Below, piece by piece: positions 1 to 11,535 of a DNA stretch of 64,000 bases. The first letter of the stretch is position 1. Every line of letters begins with the position of its first letter. Location of the stretch: positions 256,001 through 320,000 of the forward strand of contig BK006949.2 of assembly GCA_000146045.2 (NCBI GenBank), given 5' to 3'. A program made the position numbers and the translations under genes. This stretch comes from TPA_inf: Saccharomyces (lineage: Eukaryota). A model generated the notes under the pieces. The model was not told where the DNA came from. It saw only the letters and a program-made list of their open reading frames with translations, and did no database searches.

Positions 1-767
1 TGAGGTTCGATTATATCTCTCACCATTCCACGATTTATCACGGAAATACCATTCAAAAATAAATAAGGCGACTGAATGGATTCCAAGGCAGCACTAGTAT
101 CGATATTTAGTTTATTTTGTTTGATATACTTTTCTAATTCATAGCCATGAGAGTGTTTTTCCAAATCAACAGTGGCCAATTCGGGTGAAATCTCAAATTC
201 TCTTTGTAATAGATTTTTTAAGAAAATGGAGTCTGCTTGTGATGATTTAATGAATAATACCGCTGGAGAGGTTCTTATTATATCTAGAAAATCTGTTCTA
301 GGGTCGAATTTTTTGTGATCGCAGTTTTTCTGCAAGGCCAGAGAAGATGACCGTGGATTTAGTGTTGTTGTGGTCGTCGCCGTCACGACATTATCAGTTT
401 GGAACGATCTTGAAGAAAATTTTGATGTAGCTTTGGATGAGGGTTCTGGGATGTCGACTTCAACCTCGCTTTGAATATTTGAAATTTCTTCTTTGACTTT
501 TTGGAAATTTAGTTCATTTTCATTACTTAGAAAACTGTCTGCTGTCTTTAATAAGTTTGGCAACTTGTAAACGAACTTCTTTTCACTTTCTTCCTCACTA
601 TTTTTTTTGTTTTCGCTAGGGTCAGCAGAGTTGTAGAATTCCAAGGAGTCATTCCATGTAAGTAGTAAGAAGCTAAATACGCCAAGCAAAACGAGTGTTA
701 GCGATATTATTCTCGTACTTCTCTTGATTGCTGTGTGCTTTTTCAAAACTGATGAATCCGCTATCAT
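1..767 (-). CDS. PRM4: PRM4 (YPL156C) pheromone-regulated membrane protein, N-terminal ~255 codons; 3' end lies beyond window start
   Basis: Open minus-strand frame from ATG (plus-strand CAT at 765-767) running off the window start: MIADSSVLKKHTAIKRSTRIISLTLVLLGVFSFLLLTW... with a single N-terminal TM segment. Identity assigned by synteny (gene immediately upstream of KIP2) and recollection of PRM4 topology. Not in the ORF track because it is truncated by the window edge. Confidence 0.55.
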   Translation of the reverse strand, partial: MIADSSVLKKHTAIKRSTRIISLTLVLLGVFSFLLLTWNDSLEFYNSADPSENKKNSEEESEKKFVYKLPNLLKTADSFLSNENELNFQKVKEEISNIQSEVEVDIPEPSSKATSKFSSRSFQTDNVVTATTTTTLNPRSSSLALQKNCDHKKFDPRTDFLDIIRTSPAVLFIKSSQADSIFLKNLLQREFEISPELATVDLEKHSHGYELEKYIKQNKLNIDTSAALESIQSPYLFLNGISVINRGMVRDIIEP

Positions 768-1215
768 CTTTAACTGTTATTTTCCTTTTTTTAATTGCTC
801 TTTACTGTTCTTGGAACAAGAGATTATGAAGTCTATAAAAGAACATATATATAAGTATTTAAGAGATAAGCCTGATTCAAAGACGTTTGCAAGTTTCAGT
901 CACTTGGCCTTAACAATCTTTATATATTAATCCCTTTAGTACCTGCACAATTAAGGCCGAGACAGACTCGAAACAACCCCAAAACTTCTTGATCTTTATT
1001 AGCTGATGCCAAATTTTTTGGTACCACACTGAAACGAACTTCGTAAATCCATTATTTGTGTATTTTCTTAACGAGAAGTGCCTAAAAACTGCCTTTTATG
1101 CGCTGTCTTCTGAGAATAGATCCCGTTCAAGGCAAGCGCCGGGCAAGCGGAGGCGCAGTCTACAGAACAATCCGCACAAGGAAAAAAGCACCCGAGATCT
1201 GGGACCCTCACCTAA

Positions 1216-3336
1216 TCATTTATCGTTATCCACGACAGGGTGCGGTGATTGCTGTGTATTAATGAGTGGTTTCAAAGCCCTATCCCGCAGTCGTTTGGCA
1301 CTCTGCAGGGCCTCAATCATTTTATCCTTCCTCTCGAGCATCTTCTGTAATTCGATCACTTCAGTGCCGTCACACCCAGTTAGCGACATTGCAGTATGAC
1401 CACTTTTTTCTAGCGCCATGATCTTGTCTTCAAGTTTTTGAGTGTATTTCCTATATTGCCTTATTTGTGATTCCAAACCTTGGAACTTTGTTTCCAAAAG
1501 GGTGCCGACCTCAAAGGGAAGCATTTCTACAATTTCCATAATCTCAGAATCTTGCAAATCAACCACATCTTTATCTAGTAGTTTTTCACAATTCTCTAGT
1601 TTATATTTTAATACTCGATTCTCCGCTCTCATTAGAGCCAAATTCGGATCACCATCATTGCCGGTGGCTTTAATGTCTTTATAAGTACTTTCATTGGAAG
1701 ATTTGGTTAAGGGCTCGCCAATGTTTGAACGGTTCTTCAATTCAGAGATCATCCTACGTTGTTCTTCCAATTGGCGTCTCAGTAGCTCAATGGTGCGATC
1801 TTTATCTCCATCGTTATTCCCGTTACTGATGATGGATTTTTTGGATACATGAAGTGCGACGTTTTTCGCTCTTGATGCAAACCTCAGCGTATTCATAGTT
1901 TCCGCTGCCGCATCATTTCTGGTGTCGACTGTACATATCGTTGTCACTATGCTGTCACCGCTTAGTGCCGGCTGCAATAATCTAGTCAATTTAGAATCAC
2001 GATATGGAATGTGGTTGCTTGGGCTAGTGCCGTTATTGGTAGCATTTCCACTACTGCTGCTACTGCCACTTGCAGATGGCGAGGGAATGTTTGAGCCTAC
2101 TGAGTTCATCTTGTCGGCACTGAGTTTGGATATCACAGTCCCCAAAGCAAGTAAGGATTTGTTGATGAATGAACCTTCCTTTCTCCTCTCTTGTTGCCCC
2201 GTAGCCCTTTCCGAACCTGCTAGGTCACACAACGACAATGTACTCGATCTTGAGGTGCCGTTCTTTACGTTAGTACTTGTTAAACGAATCAGTACAATGG
2301 CATGAGATCGTGAGCTTCTTGCATTGTAGTCAGTTTCGCCAATTTTCCTACTTTTGTCACCAACTGCAATCCACCTCAATAATTCTTCACTACTTTCACA
2401 TCTTCTTTCGGTGAGACCGATAACTTTGACCCCATACTGAGAGTCATCTCTGATTTTTAATTCTACGCCCAATCCATTGCTGTTGCTCTTGCTCATATAT
2501 AACCTTGAAGGAGTACTGATTCTACTACCGGATTCTTCTAATCCGCTTTCTAACAGGTCGTAAATCCTTTCATTGTAAATTTCGAGGTACGATATTATAA
2601 CGTCGAACTTTTTATCGCCATTCATTGATTGTTCCATGATATTGGTAAATAAATACGACACAGATAAAGGAATTAGGCCTAGCTCTTGTTCATTTCCGCT
2701 CATTGTAAACGTTTTACCTGACCCGGTCATACCGTACGCAAATATGGTGGCATTAAACCCCATCAATAACTTATCAATCATTGGTTTACTGGTTCTTTCA
2801 TAAACTTCCAAATTAGTGCAATGGGAAGCAAAAACATGATCGAACTTGAACTCTCCAATTTCTTCATGCACTATTGTTTTGTCATTAGTAATAAACCAGG
2901 GGTCTCTAACAAATGTATTGCTACCGTGATGTGAGTTGGATCTTGGTTGAGAGTACCTGGGCGATTTTAGCCCCACATGGTCACGGGAAGTTCCAACGCT
3001 CCGTGGTTTCGGCCGGATGGTCACAGTGATTGACCCAGTATATGTATCGTTTTTTCTCGAGTTGTTGTTAATACTGTCGCTCCGCCTGATCCTTATCCTA
3101 CCTGGGTGAAGGAAGGGATCGGATTTGGCTGATACGGATCTTAGTGGGGAGTTACTTCTAGTGGAAGATGCAGAAATCGACTGAGAACCCGAATTAGAGG
3201 TGCTCCGTATGGAGTTTCTTGTCAGATTAGAAAACGATGAAGTTGATCGTACAGAGGGCGATTGTGGGATATTACTTGAACCAGAACTAGACCTCGTTGA
3301 TGGCCTCCTTAAGCTTGGGCTCATTTTTTGAATCAT
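1216..3336 (-). CDS. KIP2: KIP2 (YPL155C) kinesin-related motor protein, 706 aa
   Basis: Kinesin motor signatures in the translation (P-loop FAYGMTGSGKTFTMSG, switch motifs SSRSHAI, DLAGSE), Ser-rich N-terminus, C-terminal coiled coil. Track ORF starts with TTG at 3339; first ATG is 3336, giving 706 aa. Confidence 0.9.
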   Translation of the reverse strand: MIQKMSPSLRRPSTRSSSGSSNIPQSPSVRSTSSFSNLTRNSIRSTSNSGSQSISASSTRSNSPLRSVSAKSDPFLHPGRIRIRRSDSINNNSRKNDTYTGSITVTIRPKPRSVGTSRDHVGLKSPRYSQPRSNSHHGSNTFVRDPWFITNDKTIVHEEIGEFKFDHVFASHCTNLEVYERTSKPMIDKLLMGFNATIFAYGMTGSGKTFTMSGNEQELGLIPLSVSYLFTNIMEQSMNGDKKFDVIISYLEIYNERIYDLLESGLEESGSRISTPSRLYMSKSNSNGLGVELKIRDDSQYGVKVIGLTERRCESSEELLRWIAVGDKSRKIGETDYNARSSRSHAIVLIRLTSTNVKNGTSRSSTLSLCDLAGSERATGQQERRKEGSFINKSLLALGTVISKLSADKMNSVGSNIPSPSASGSSSSSGNATNNGTSPSNHIPYRDSKLTRLLQPALSGDSIVTTICTVDTRNDAAAETMNTLRFASRAKNVALHVSKKSIISNGNNDGDKDRTIELLRRQLEEQRRMISELKNRSNIGEPLTKSSNESTYKDIKATGNDGDPNLALMRAENRVLKYKLENCEKLLDKDVVDLQDSEIMEIVEMLPFEVGTLLETKFQGLESQIRQYRKYTQKLEDKIMALEKSGHTAMSLTGCDGTEVIELQKMLERKDKMIEALQSAKRLRDRALKPLINTQQSPHPVVDNDK

Positions 3337-3713
3337 CAATGGTGGTATTATGGTAAGAATTTTATCAAGTGTTCTATGTTTGCCTTGATTTCAAATGTTT
3401 CTAGAGCGCAGCCTGTGAATCTCTGCAGCCTATTTCTTTTTATTTTTCGCTTCTGCTTACATTGCTTTATTATCAATTGTTCCGCTATTGGAAAAGGATA
3501 AACAAGGAAATTCTCGAGCCGCATCATCGGGCTACCCGCATATAATGACATTATGGGCAGCAGCATAGAACAATGGATTCTAAAACTGAGGACAAGATGG
3601 TTTGTCTTGTTTTTTTTTTTTAAATATACTATAGTTTTTTTTATTGTTATCTACTTATAAAAGCTCTCTAGATGGCAGAAAAGGATAGGGCGGAGAAGTA
3701 AGAAAAGTTTAGC

Positions 3714-5003
<1,290 letters not shown>

Positions 5004-5726
5004 TTATAGAATTCTAATAGAAAAAACTTTTTATGAATACAGTAGGGTGAGATATACTTTTTGTTATTCTTCCCTTACGTGGTAGGCTTCTCAAATAAAA
5101 ATAGAAAAGACCACTAAAATTTGATTATAAAGGCTTCGCTCAAAAAAGAAGAAGGTGGAATGAATAAATAGCAGCGAATTACCCAAACTTCTTTACTCTG
5201 TTCCCTTAACCAGTTGATAAGAGGTTACGAAGTACGGAAGTATGGCTTTTTATATAAATCCTAAAAAGGGCCGCCTCCGCCCCTTAATCCATCGACACCC
5301 GCAAATGAAATATAGTACCCGGAAGGCATAAGACGGGTTACAGCCTCTCCATAGATTCAATAACCGCTTTTGGTTATAGAAATAATCAGACCTCAGCAAA
5401 TACAATTGAGGAGCTCAAGATATTGAAAACGGATTAACAAACTTTTTAAAATTATTTATGAGCTTGTTGTACCACATCAAGCAGGATTATGTTTTTTTCA
5501 GAACTTCTTTTTCTGATTCAAAAATTCATTAAGCATAACTAAAACTGAAAATCAAAACTTATTAATATACAAAAATCTATATATTTCAAAATGTAAATCG
5601 TATCAAAACGTCACTCTATATGTAATAAAAACCCAAAAAGTTATGAATAGATGAATTCTGAGTATTGGTATCTACCATCTTCTCTCTTAAAAAGGGGCAG
5701 CATTTTCTATGGGTATTTGTCCTTGG

Positions 5727-8192
5727 TTACGAAAATTGCAAATTCTCGGGGCCTTTTGAGGTTTGGTCCAATTTTGCCCTTTTAACCTTCTTACTAGGAT
5801 CAATTTGTGATTGCGATAAACTTACCGAATGTATTCTCTTCAAAATGTTCCCCGTATTCGCATTAATCGGTGACTCTACCAAGTCGTTTAGTACCGAATT
5901 ATTGCCGTTATTATTTGTATCGCTAACTGGCGGCTTCTTAGCCGACATTGATGAAGAAGAAGCCGAGGGTTGATTTGCACGTTGAGCTGCCATCATCTGG
6001 GTTAACTTTTTCACCAAATCTTTTTCTTCGGCTGTTTGCTTAAGTACTACTCTTTGTTCTTGTAACATACCTAATCCCTCGTTAAACAGACCTGTAGTAT
6101 CGTTAATTTCCACTTTAAAGCCAATGACAAATTTATTGTTTTTATCCCAAATGATCTTGATTTCATCTCCGTCTTGTAAAAGGAATTTCGTACCCTGTAT
6201 CATGCGGTTATTATTTAAATAGCTCACGTTAGTTCCGGTGTGGCAATACCAAATATCATCTAAACCTTGTGCCGGAGATTCATACATGCTTTTGCCTACA
6301 GCATGCCTCTTTTTGAAAATGAAGCAATGAACTCGAGACAACCTATTGTCTTCAATTTTACAATTGCAATCCTCGGATCTACCAATGAAAAATGGATTCA
6401 CACCTTGCTGAATCTCCAGGCTTTCTTGAATAATGCTGTCAGGCAATGGTTTTAAAGTTAAAAACCTACCATTACCCTTTTTCTTTGAGCTCTTGACATT
6501 CTCAGTATTATTGGAATGTAAAAGTTTTTGTTCTCTAGTTTCTGCTTCAATGCTTTTGGGCTGTGTATATCGAATAGGGGCGTGTGCGGGTATTTTAAAT
6601 CCTTGAATTTTTCCATCTTGGTCTTCCTGATCCTGTTCTTGAAGTTGTTGCTCCATTTGTAATTTCCTTTGCGCTTTGACAAATTCGTATTGAGCATCGT
6701 CCATATTTTCTAATAATTTCTGCTGCGACAACGATTGTGATAAGGATATTTGTGAAAAATCACCATATGATTGTGAGCCCAATGGACTCATCTTGATCCA
6801 GGGATGATTCAAGGCTTTTGCAGCTGTCGACCTATTATTTGGATCCACCTGTAACAATGAATCTATGAAATCTCTTGCTTCTTCAGATATCCGGAAATCT
6901 TTGAGGGGCCCTTCATGATATGAGCCTCTTCCAATCTGTTTATATAATTGGTCCTGTGTGCTACCACTAAAAGGTAAGTGGCCCGTTAGGATAACATACA
7001 CAAGACATCCCATTGACCACATATCCACTAACGAAGAGTACTCATTCCTTTCTTCGTATTCATCAGGAGATACGGATGTATCTTTACCTCTGATGACTTC
7101 AGGTGCCACATATGCCAAAGTGCCACAGAAGGTTTTCATAAAAGACCCATTTCCTTGTACTTTTGCCAGACCAAAGTCGGTTATCTTTACCAATACAGGA
7201 TCGTCTTGTTCAATAAGAATATTATCGGGCTTTAGGTCACGATGGCTGATGCCCATAGAGTGAATGTATTTTATTGCTGTGAGTATCTGCCTGGATATCT
7301 CCCTCCCAGCATCTTCTCCAACCGCACCATGAGCAGCAACAAAATCCATTAAGTCACCACCAGAAACGAACTCCATCACCATATAATAACTCTCAGTATC
7401 TTCATAAAATCCTTTCAATCGTACTATCCTTGGATGATTGAGCTTTTGCAATACTTCTAACTCTCTTGTCACACCATCCATATTGCCTATTACTTTGCGT
7501 TTACTTATAATCTTCACCGCGAATGTTTTCCCAGTAGTTCTTTCAATGGCTTTCTTTACTGTGGCAAATGCACCCTGGCCCACCACTTCGTCAATAATCG
7601 AAAAATCCTTAAAAATACCAGTCTTGTTGGCCACCATTGATGATGCAGTAGATGATGTAAGACCAGGAGAAGCTATTTTAGAGGTATTTTTCAGGTTAGA
7701 TCTTATGCGATCAACTTTGTTCTGCTCGAGGCACTGCTTAAATTTGTCGTTTATGAAAATGACCAGAGATAAAATATCTGATTCCACGCCTACACCAACG
7801 GTTATTTCATCACCTTGAGACAGTAACTGATTGCTGTTCTTCTCGACTTTTTGCCCATTTAACCAGGTCCCATTAGTGGAAATGTCATTCAATAAAAGGT
7901 TACCGTCTTCTCCTAGTAGTATTTGGAAATGCTTATTTGACAGTCTTGAAATGTTTCCTAAATGATAGTCACAGGCTGGGTTTCTACCAAATGTCCAAAC
8001 TTTCTTTATGGATCGTTTTTCCTTAAGCACTTGTGAAATATCAGCTGACAAATCTCGGATGGGAATTTGACCCGTGGTACAAATGACCCTGCACACAATG
8101 TTTTCGCCGATCTGTTCTTGAGAAAACTTCTCAATCAAAAACCTTTGAGTAGCCTGCGTGGATTGCTGTGTGGGTTGTGTAATATTTTCCAT
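5727..8192 (-). CDS. RAD53: RAD53 (YPL153C) DNA-damage checkpoint kinase (FHA1-kinase-FHA2), 821 aa
   Basis: Begins MENITQPTQQSTQATQRFLIEKF, FHA domain, Ser/Thr kinase catalytic motifs (HRDLKPDNIL, DFGLA), C-terminal FHA2. Track ORF extends 12 codons upstream only because it uses a GTG at 8228; first ATG is 8192. Confidence 0.95.
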   Translation of the reverse strand: MENITQPTQQSTQATQRFLIEKFSQEQIGENIVCRVICTTGQIPIRDLSADISQVLKEKRSIKKVWTFGRNPACDYHLGNISRLSNKHFQILLGEDGNLLLNDISTNGTWLNGQKVEKNSNQLLSQGDEITVGVGVESDILSLVIFINDKFKQCLEQNKVDRIRSNLKNTSKIASPGLTSSTASSMVANKTGIFKDFSIIDEVVGQGAFATVKKAIERTTGKTFAVKIISKRKVIGNMDGVTRELEVLQKLNHPRIVRLKGFYEDTESYYMVMEFVSGGDLMDFVAAHGAVGEDAGREISRQILTAIKYIHSMGISHRDLKPDNILIEQDDPVLVKITDFGLAKVQGNGSFMKTFCGTLAYVAPEVIRGKDTSVSPDEYEERNEYSSLVDMWSMGCLVYVILTGHLPFSGSTQDQLYKQIGRGSYHEGPLKDFRISEEARDFIDSLLQVDPNNRSTAAKALNHPWIKMSPLGSQSYGDFSQISLSQSLSQQKLLENMDDAQYEFVKAQRKLQMEQQLQEQDQEDQDGKIQGFKIPAHAPIRYTQPKSIEAETREQKLLHSNNTENVKSSKKKGNGRFLTLKPLPDSIIQESLEIQQGVNPFFIGRSEDCNCKIEDNRLSRVHCFIFKKRHAVGKSMYESPAQGLDDIWYCHTGTNVSYLNNNRMIQGTKFLLQDGDEIKIIWDKNNKFVIGFKVEINDTTGLFNEGLGMLQEQRVVLKQTAEEKDLVKKLTQMMAAQRANQPSASSSSMSAKKPPVSDTNNNGNNSVLNDLVESPINANTGNILKRIHSVSLSQSQIDPSKKVKRAKLDQTSKGPENLQFS

Positions 8193-8445
8193 TTTTAGTT
8201 GATGTTGTGTAACACTATCTTTTCTCACTATTCTCTCTTTTAAAGCTTAAGAAAATCGAATGCATATACAAAATTAGTTTGTCTTCCAATAATCTCTACC
8301 GTCCTTTTCTGCTTTCTTACCTTTTCTTGATCAGAGATTTCAAAATGGTAACTTTGGTACCCTTTATCTTCTCAACCTGTACCTTTATTCTATAAATGTT
8401 TTCATTTCCAAGTCTACCCACGGTGATGATTTTTCTGCCAATTTT

Positions 8446-8476
8446 ACGCGTCACTCCCGTTGCCGTATCAACGCGT
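8446..8476. promoter_or_regulatory. Two MluI cell-cycle boxes (ACGCGT) 25 bp apart, about 255-285 bp upstream of RAD53 ATG
   Basis: Exact ACGCGT at 8446-8451 and 8471-8476. MCB is the MBF (Mbp1/Swi6) G1/S element, and RAD53 is a G1/S-regulated DNA-damage gene. Confidence 0.5.
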
Positions 8477-8601
8477 CCACACCACCTCACCCTCGAAATG
8501 AAAATAAATATGTTAATAGATGCACGTTTCATTGACATCTGTGACAAACACTTTCCGGCTTAATTAAAAGGAAGCAGGCTATTAATGCACCAACCAAACA
8601 A

Positions 8602-8700
8602 ATGATGGTTCACCTCACGCTGAAATCTCATCTAATAAAGGAAGAATTACTTTGGCATGCTTTATCTCCGTCCTATAGTTGCCGATACCACGGTAGATAA
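8602..8700 (+). CDS. 32-codon small ORF in RAD53/RRD2 divergent intergenic region (candidate YPL152W-A)
   Basis: ATG ATG GTT CAC ... GGT AGA TAA = MMVHLTLKSHLIKEELLWHALSPSYSCRYHGR, stop at 8698-8700. Position, strand and length match my recollection of the 32-aa smORF YPL152W-A. No intrinsic coding signal can be judged at this length. Confidence 0.35.
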   Translation: MMVHLTLKSHLIKEELLWHALSPSYSCRYHGR

Positions 8701-9027
8701 TACAGTATCATTCTAAAAGTACCATTTAGGTAGGTGCTGAGCGAACCAATAAGTAAGTTTTTGTTTTTTCTCAGTGTTTGCTTTGAATTTACATTGAAAT
8801 ACGTTGTTTTGGACGTACTACAATAGCCGCCATAATAGATTTTCGGGTAACTTTTACACTCTTCCCTCTCTTTCACGTGAGTAAGCACAGAATAAAATCC
8901 TAACGGATGTGATAGAACAAAAGGGATATCAATGACAAGAGAGAGGTACTTTATGTTAGTCGCCTGTGCAGAAAGAACAGTCCATAAACAACAATCCGTA
9001 AAGAACAATATAAATATTTAGAAAAAG

Positions 9028-10104
9028 ATGTTGCCAGAAAAGAGACTATTGACTCCAGACGATATGAAACTATGGGAAGAATCCCCAACAAGAGCTCATT
9101 TCACTAAATTTATTATAGATTTGGCTGAATCTGTCAAAGGACATGAGAATTCCCAGTACAAAGAACCAATATCGGAGTCAATAAACAGTATGATGAACTT
9201 GCTTTCGCAAATAAAAGATATCACTCAGAAGCACCCAGTAATAAAGGATGCAGATAGCTCGAGATTTGGTAAGGTTGAGTTTAGGGACTTTTATGACGAA
9301 GTTTCACGGAATTCCAGGAAGATCTTACGTTCCGAATTTCCCTCTCTCACAGATGAGCAGTTGGAACAATTATCGATTTATCTAGATGAATCATGGGGAA
9401 ATAAAAGAAGAATTGATTATGGTTCAGGTCATGAATTAAATTTCATGTGTTTACTTTATGGACTCTATAGTTATGGAATATTCAATCTTTCAAACGATTC
9501 AACTAACCTCGTGCTGAAAGTTTTTATAGAATACCTTAAAATAATGAGGATACTAGAAACTAAATATTGGCTTGAGCCTGCGGGCTCTCATGGTGTTTGG
9601 GGATTAGATGATTATCATTTCCTTCCATTTCTATTTGGTGCCTTCCAATTAACCACCCACAAGCACTTAAAGCCGATATCAATTCACAATAATGAGCTCG
9701 TAGAAATGTTCGCTCATCGGTACTTATATTTTGGTTGTATCGCTTTTATTAATAAGGTCAAGTCATCCGCCTCCTTGAGATGGCATTCTCCTATGCTAGA
9801 TGACATCAGCGGTGTAAAGACTTGGTCAAAAGTTGCTGAAGGGATGATAAAAATGTATAAAGCCGAAGTCCTTAGTAAATTGCCCATCATGCAACATTTT
9901 TACTTTAGCGAGTTTTTGCCTTGTCCGGATGGTGTATCTCCACCAAGAGGCCACATACATGATGGGACTGATAAGGATGATGAGTGCAATTTTGAAGGAC
10001 ATGTTCATACTACTTGGGGAGACTGCTGTGGTATAAAGTTACCGAGCGCTATTGCGGCTACTGAGATGAATAAAAAACATCATAAACCAATACCTTTTGA
10101 TTAG
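9028..10104 (+). CDS. RRD2: RRD2 (YPL152W) PP2A phosphatase activator (PTPA family), 358 aa
   Basis: Complete ATG-initiated ORF of 358 aa. PTPA-family sequence with conserved GS.GVWGLDDY motif. Gene order PEP4-RAD53-RRD2. Confidence 0.9.
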   Translation: MLPEKRLLTPDDMKLWEESPTRAHFTKFIIDLAESVKGHENSQYKEPISESINSMMNLLSQIKDITQKHPVIKDADSSRFGKVEFRDFYDEVSRNSRKILRSEFPSLTDEQLEQLSIYLDESWGNKRRIDYGSGHELNFMCLLYGLYSYGIFNLSNDSTNLVLKVFIEYLKIMRILETKYWLEPAGSHGVWGLDDYHFLPFLFGAFQLTTHKHLKPISIHNNELVEMFAHRYLYFGCIAFINKVKSSASLRWHSPMLDDISGVKTWSKVAEGMIKMYKAEVLSKLPIMQHFYFSEFLPCPDGVSPPRGHIHDGTDKDDECNFEGHVHTTWGDCCGIKLPSAIAATEMNKKHHKPIPFD

Positions 10105-10179
10105 GAAAAGTCCATTTATAGATGCTATCTCATTGTATATACACGTATACAGGGTACGTACTTTTTCCATCTACTCCCA

Positions 10180-11535
10180 CTAAAATCTTTTGGCGCTTAA
10201 GTTGGGGTTCCACGCTAGCCCCGGTTCTGACTCTTTTGTAGCCGTCTCATCCTGTTTCCAAATCTTTATGCTTTTGTCTGCTTCTCCAGTGATTAATCTT
10301 AAACCTGTTTTATCGAAAGTGCTACAAAGAACACTCCGTTCACCTTCCAGAGAGCCTACCATTTCTCTCGTGGCCAACGATTGGTATTTGTGACCAGACT
10401 TATAATCATAAAAGGAAAGCACACCATTGTCACCGCCAGCGAATAATACATCATCTTGATTAATGCTTAAAGTATTGATTATGCCTGTCTTTTCAGACTC
10501 AAAATTGGTGAGTAAAGACCCCTCTGCTAATCCCCATGATCTGATGTCATCAGTACACGCAGAAGCCACCGAAAACTCCTTAGGATGCAACGCTGTAGCT
10601 CTCACAGACCTCTTATGATGTGTTAGAACTTTCATTGTTTTCCCAGCAACTACATCCCATAACCTTACCGTAGCATCAGTCGATGAACTCACCACTTGAG
10701 GGTCTACTGGAGTACACTGTACTTGATTGATTGGACCCTTATGCCCAACTAGTGTAATAACAGGTATTCTGGTTCTCATATCCCAGAGTTTGATAACGCT
10801 ATCTCGGCCTGCGGTAGCTATGAGATCCAGCGTTGGATGTATGCTCACCGTACGAACCCCCGATAAATGTCCATAGTAATCTCTAATAATTTGGTTTTTC
10901 TCTAGGTCCCAGCATTTGACCGTCTTATCTTCACTAACAGAAAATAAATAAGGATGTCGATCTGACACAGCAACGTCTCTCACTGTCATTACATGCCCTG
11001 CTAAGGTAGTTTTTAATTTTCCTGTTGCAAGATCCCAAACTTTCATTGTCGTATCATTACTTCCGGTGATGAACCATTCGTTGTCAACAGGATCGATTGC
11101 AACGCATCGTACCCATCCAAGATGGCCATTGATAACGCGTGAAAGTTTCCAGGGTGCATGCCATTCCGGCCTTTGTGACAGAAGTTTTTCGTATCGATTA
11201 ACTATAAGTTCTTCAGCAACCTCTGGTTGGAAAATTTTATTCACAAAAGCAGATGCATGCGTATCGTGATCTTTCTTGCTAATCACTGCTTGTGATGCTT
11301 CTGAAAAATCTGTAGGAACATGCTGCAGAGTAACTTTCTTGCCTTCACCACTAAAAGAAGAACTTTCCTTCCTATAAGTATCATATCGCATTAGCAATGA
11401 TTTCTGACCTTCCATTTCGCTTTGTAGGTGGGGCGGCAGAGTGGCCATATATGAAAATTGGTTATTCCAGCGTATTCTGGAATAAAATTTGTCTACATCT
11501 CCTAAATTTTCGACTTTGTGATCATTTCCGTCCAT
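10180..11535 (-). CDS. PRP46: PRP46 (YPL151C) WD40 splicing factor of the NineTeen complex, 451 aa
   Basis: Seven WD40 repeats (recurrent GH...WD motifs). Track ORF starts with GTG at 11541; first ATG is 11535 ([11 protein letters not shown]...). Confidence 0.9.
   Translation of the reverse strand: MDGNDHKVENLGDVDKFYSRIRWNNQFSYMATLPPHLQSEMEGQKSLLMRYDTYRKESSSFSGEGKKVTLQHVPTDFSEASQAVISKKDHDTHASAFVNKIFQPEVAEELIVNRYEKLLSQRPEWHAPWKLSRVINGHLGWVRCVAIDPVDNEWFITGSNDTTMKVWDLATGKLKTTLAGHVMTVRDVAVSDRHPYLFSVSEDKTVKCWDLEKNQIIRDYYGHLSGVRTVSIHPTLDLIATAGRDSVIKLWDMRTRIPVITLVGHKGPINQVQCTPVDPQVVSSSTDATVRLWDVVAGKTMKVLTHHKRSVRATALHPKEFSVASACTDDIRSWGLAEGSLLTNFESEKTGIINTLSINQDDVLFAGGDNGVLSFYDYKSGHKYQSLATREMVGSLEGERSVLCSTFDKTGLRLITGEADKSIKIWKQDETATKESEPGLAWNPNLSAKRF

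Noticed and set aside
1-30. GGTTCGATT (tRNA B-box-like) at window start, and GGTTCGATAAG at about 21822
   Set aside because: No A box, acceptor or T-stem complementarity around either. The first lies inside the PRM4 coding frame, the second in AT-rich intergenic DNA. Not tRNA genes.
1058-1399. 113-codon plus-strand ORF spanning the KIP2 3' end and the PRM4 upstream region
   Set aside because: Overlaps the KIP2 C-terminal coding region in antisense and has no motif. Chance ORF.
1922-2305. 127-codon plus-strand ORF inside KIP2
   Set aside because: Antisense to the Ser/Thr-rich N-terminal region of KIP2. Leu/Pro-rich nonsense translation.
5216-5221. Single GATAAG (GATA-factor site) about 290 bp upstream of PEP4
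   Set aside because: A lone hexamer match is expected by chance in 800 bp. There is no second site of the kind required for nitrogen catabolite repression control, so I did not call it.
8317-8547. 76-codon minus-strand ORF between RAD53 and RRD2
   Set aside because: Lies in the RAD53 promoter and contains both MCB boxes. No domain, low-complexity translation. Promoter DNA read through by chance.
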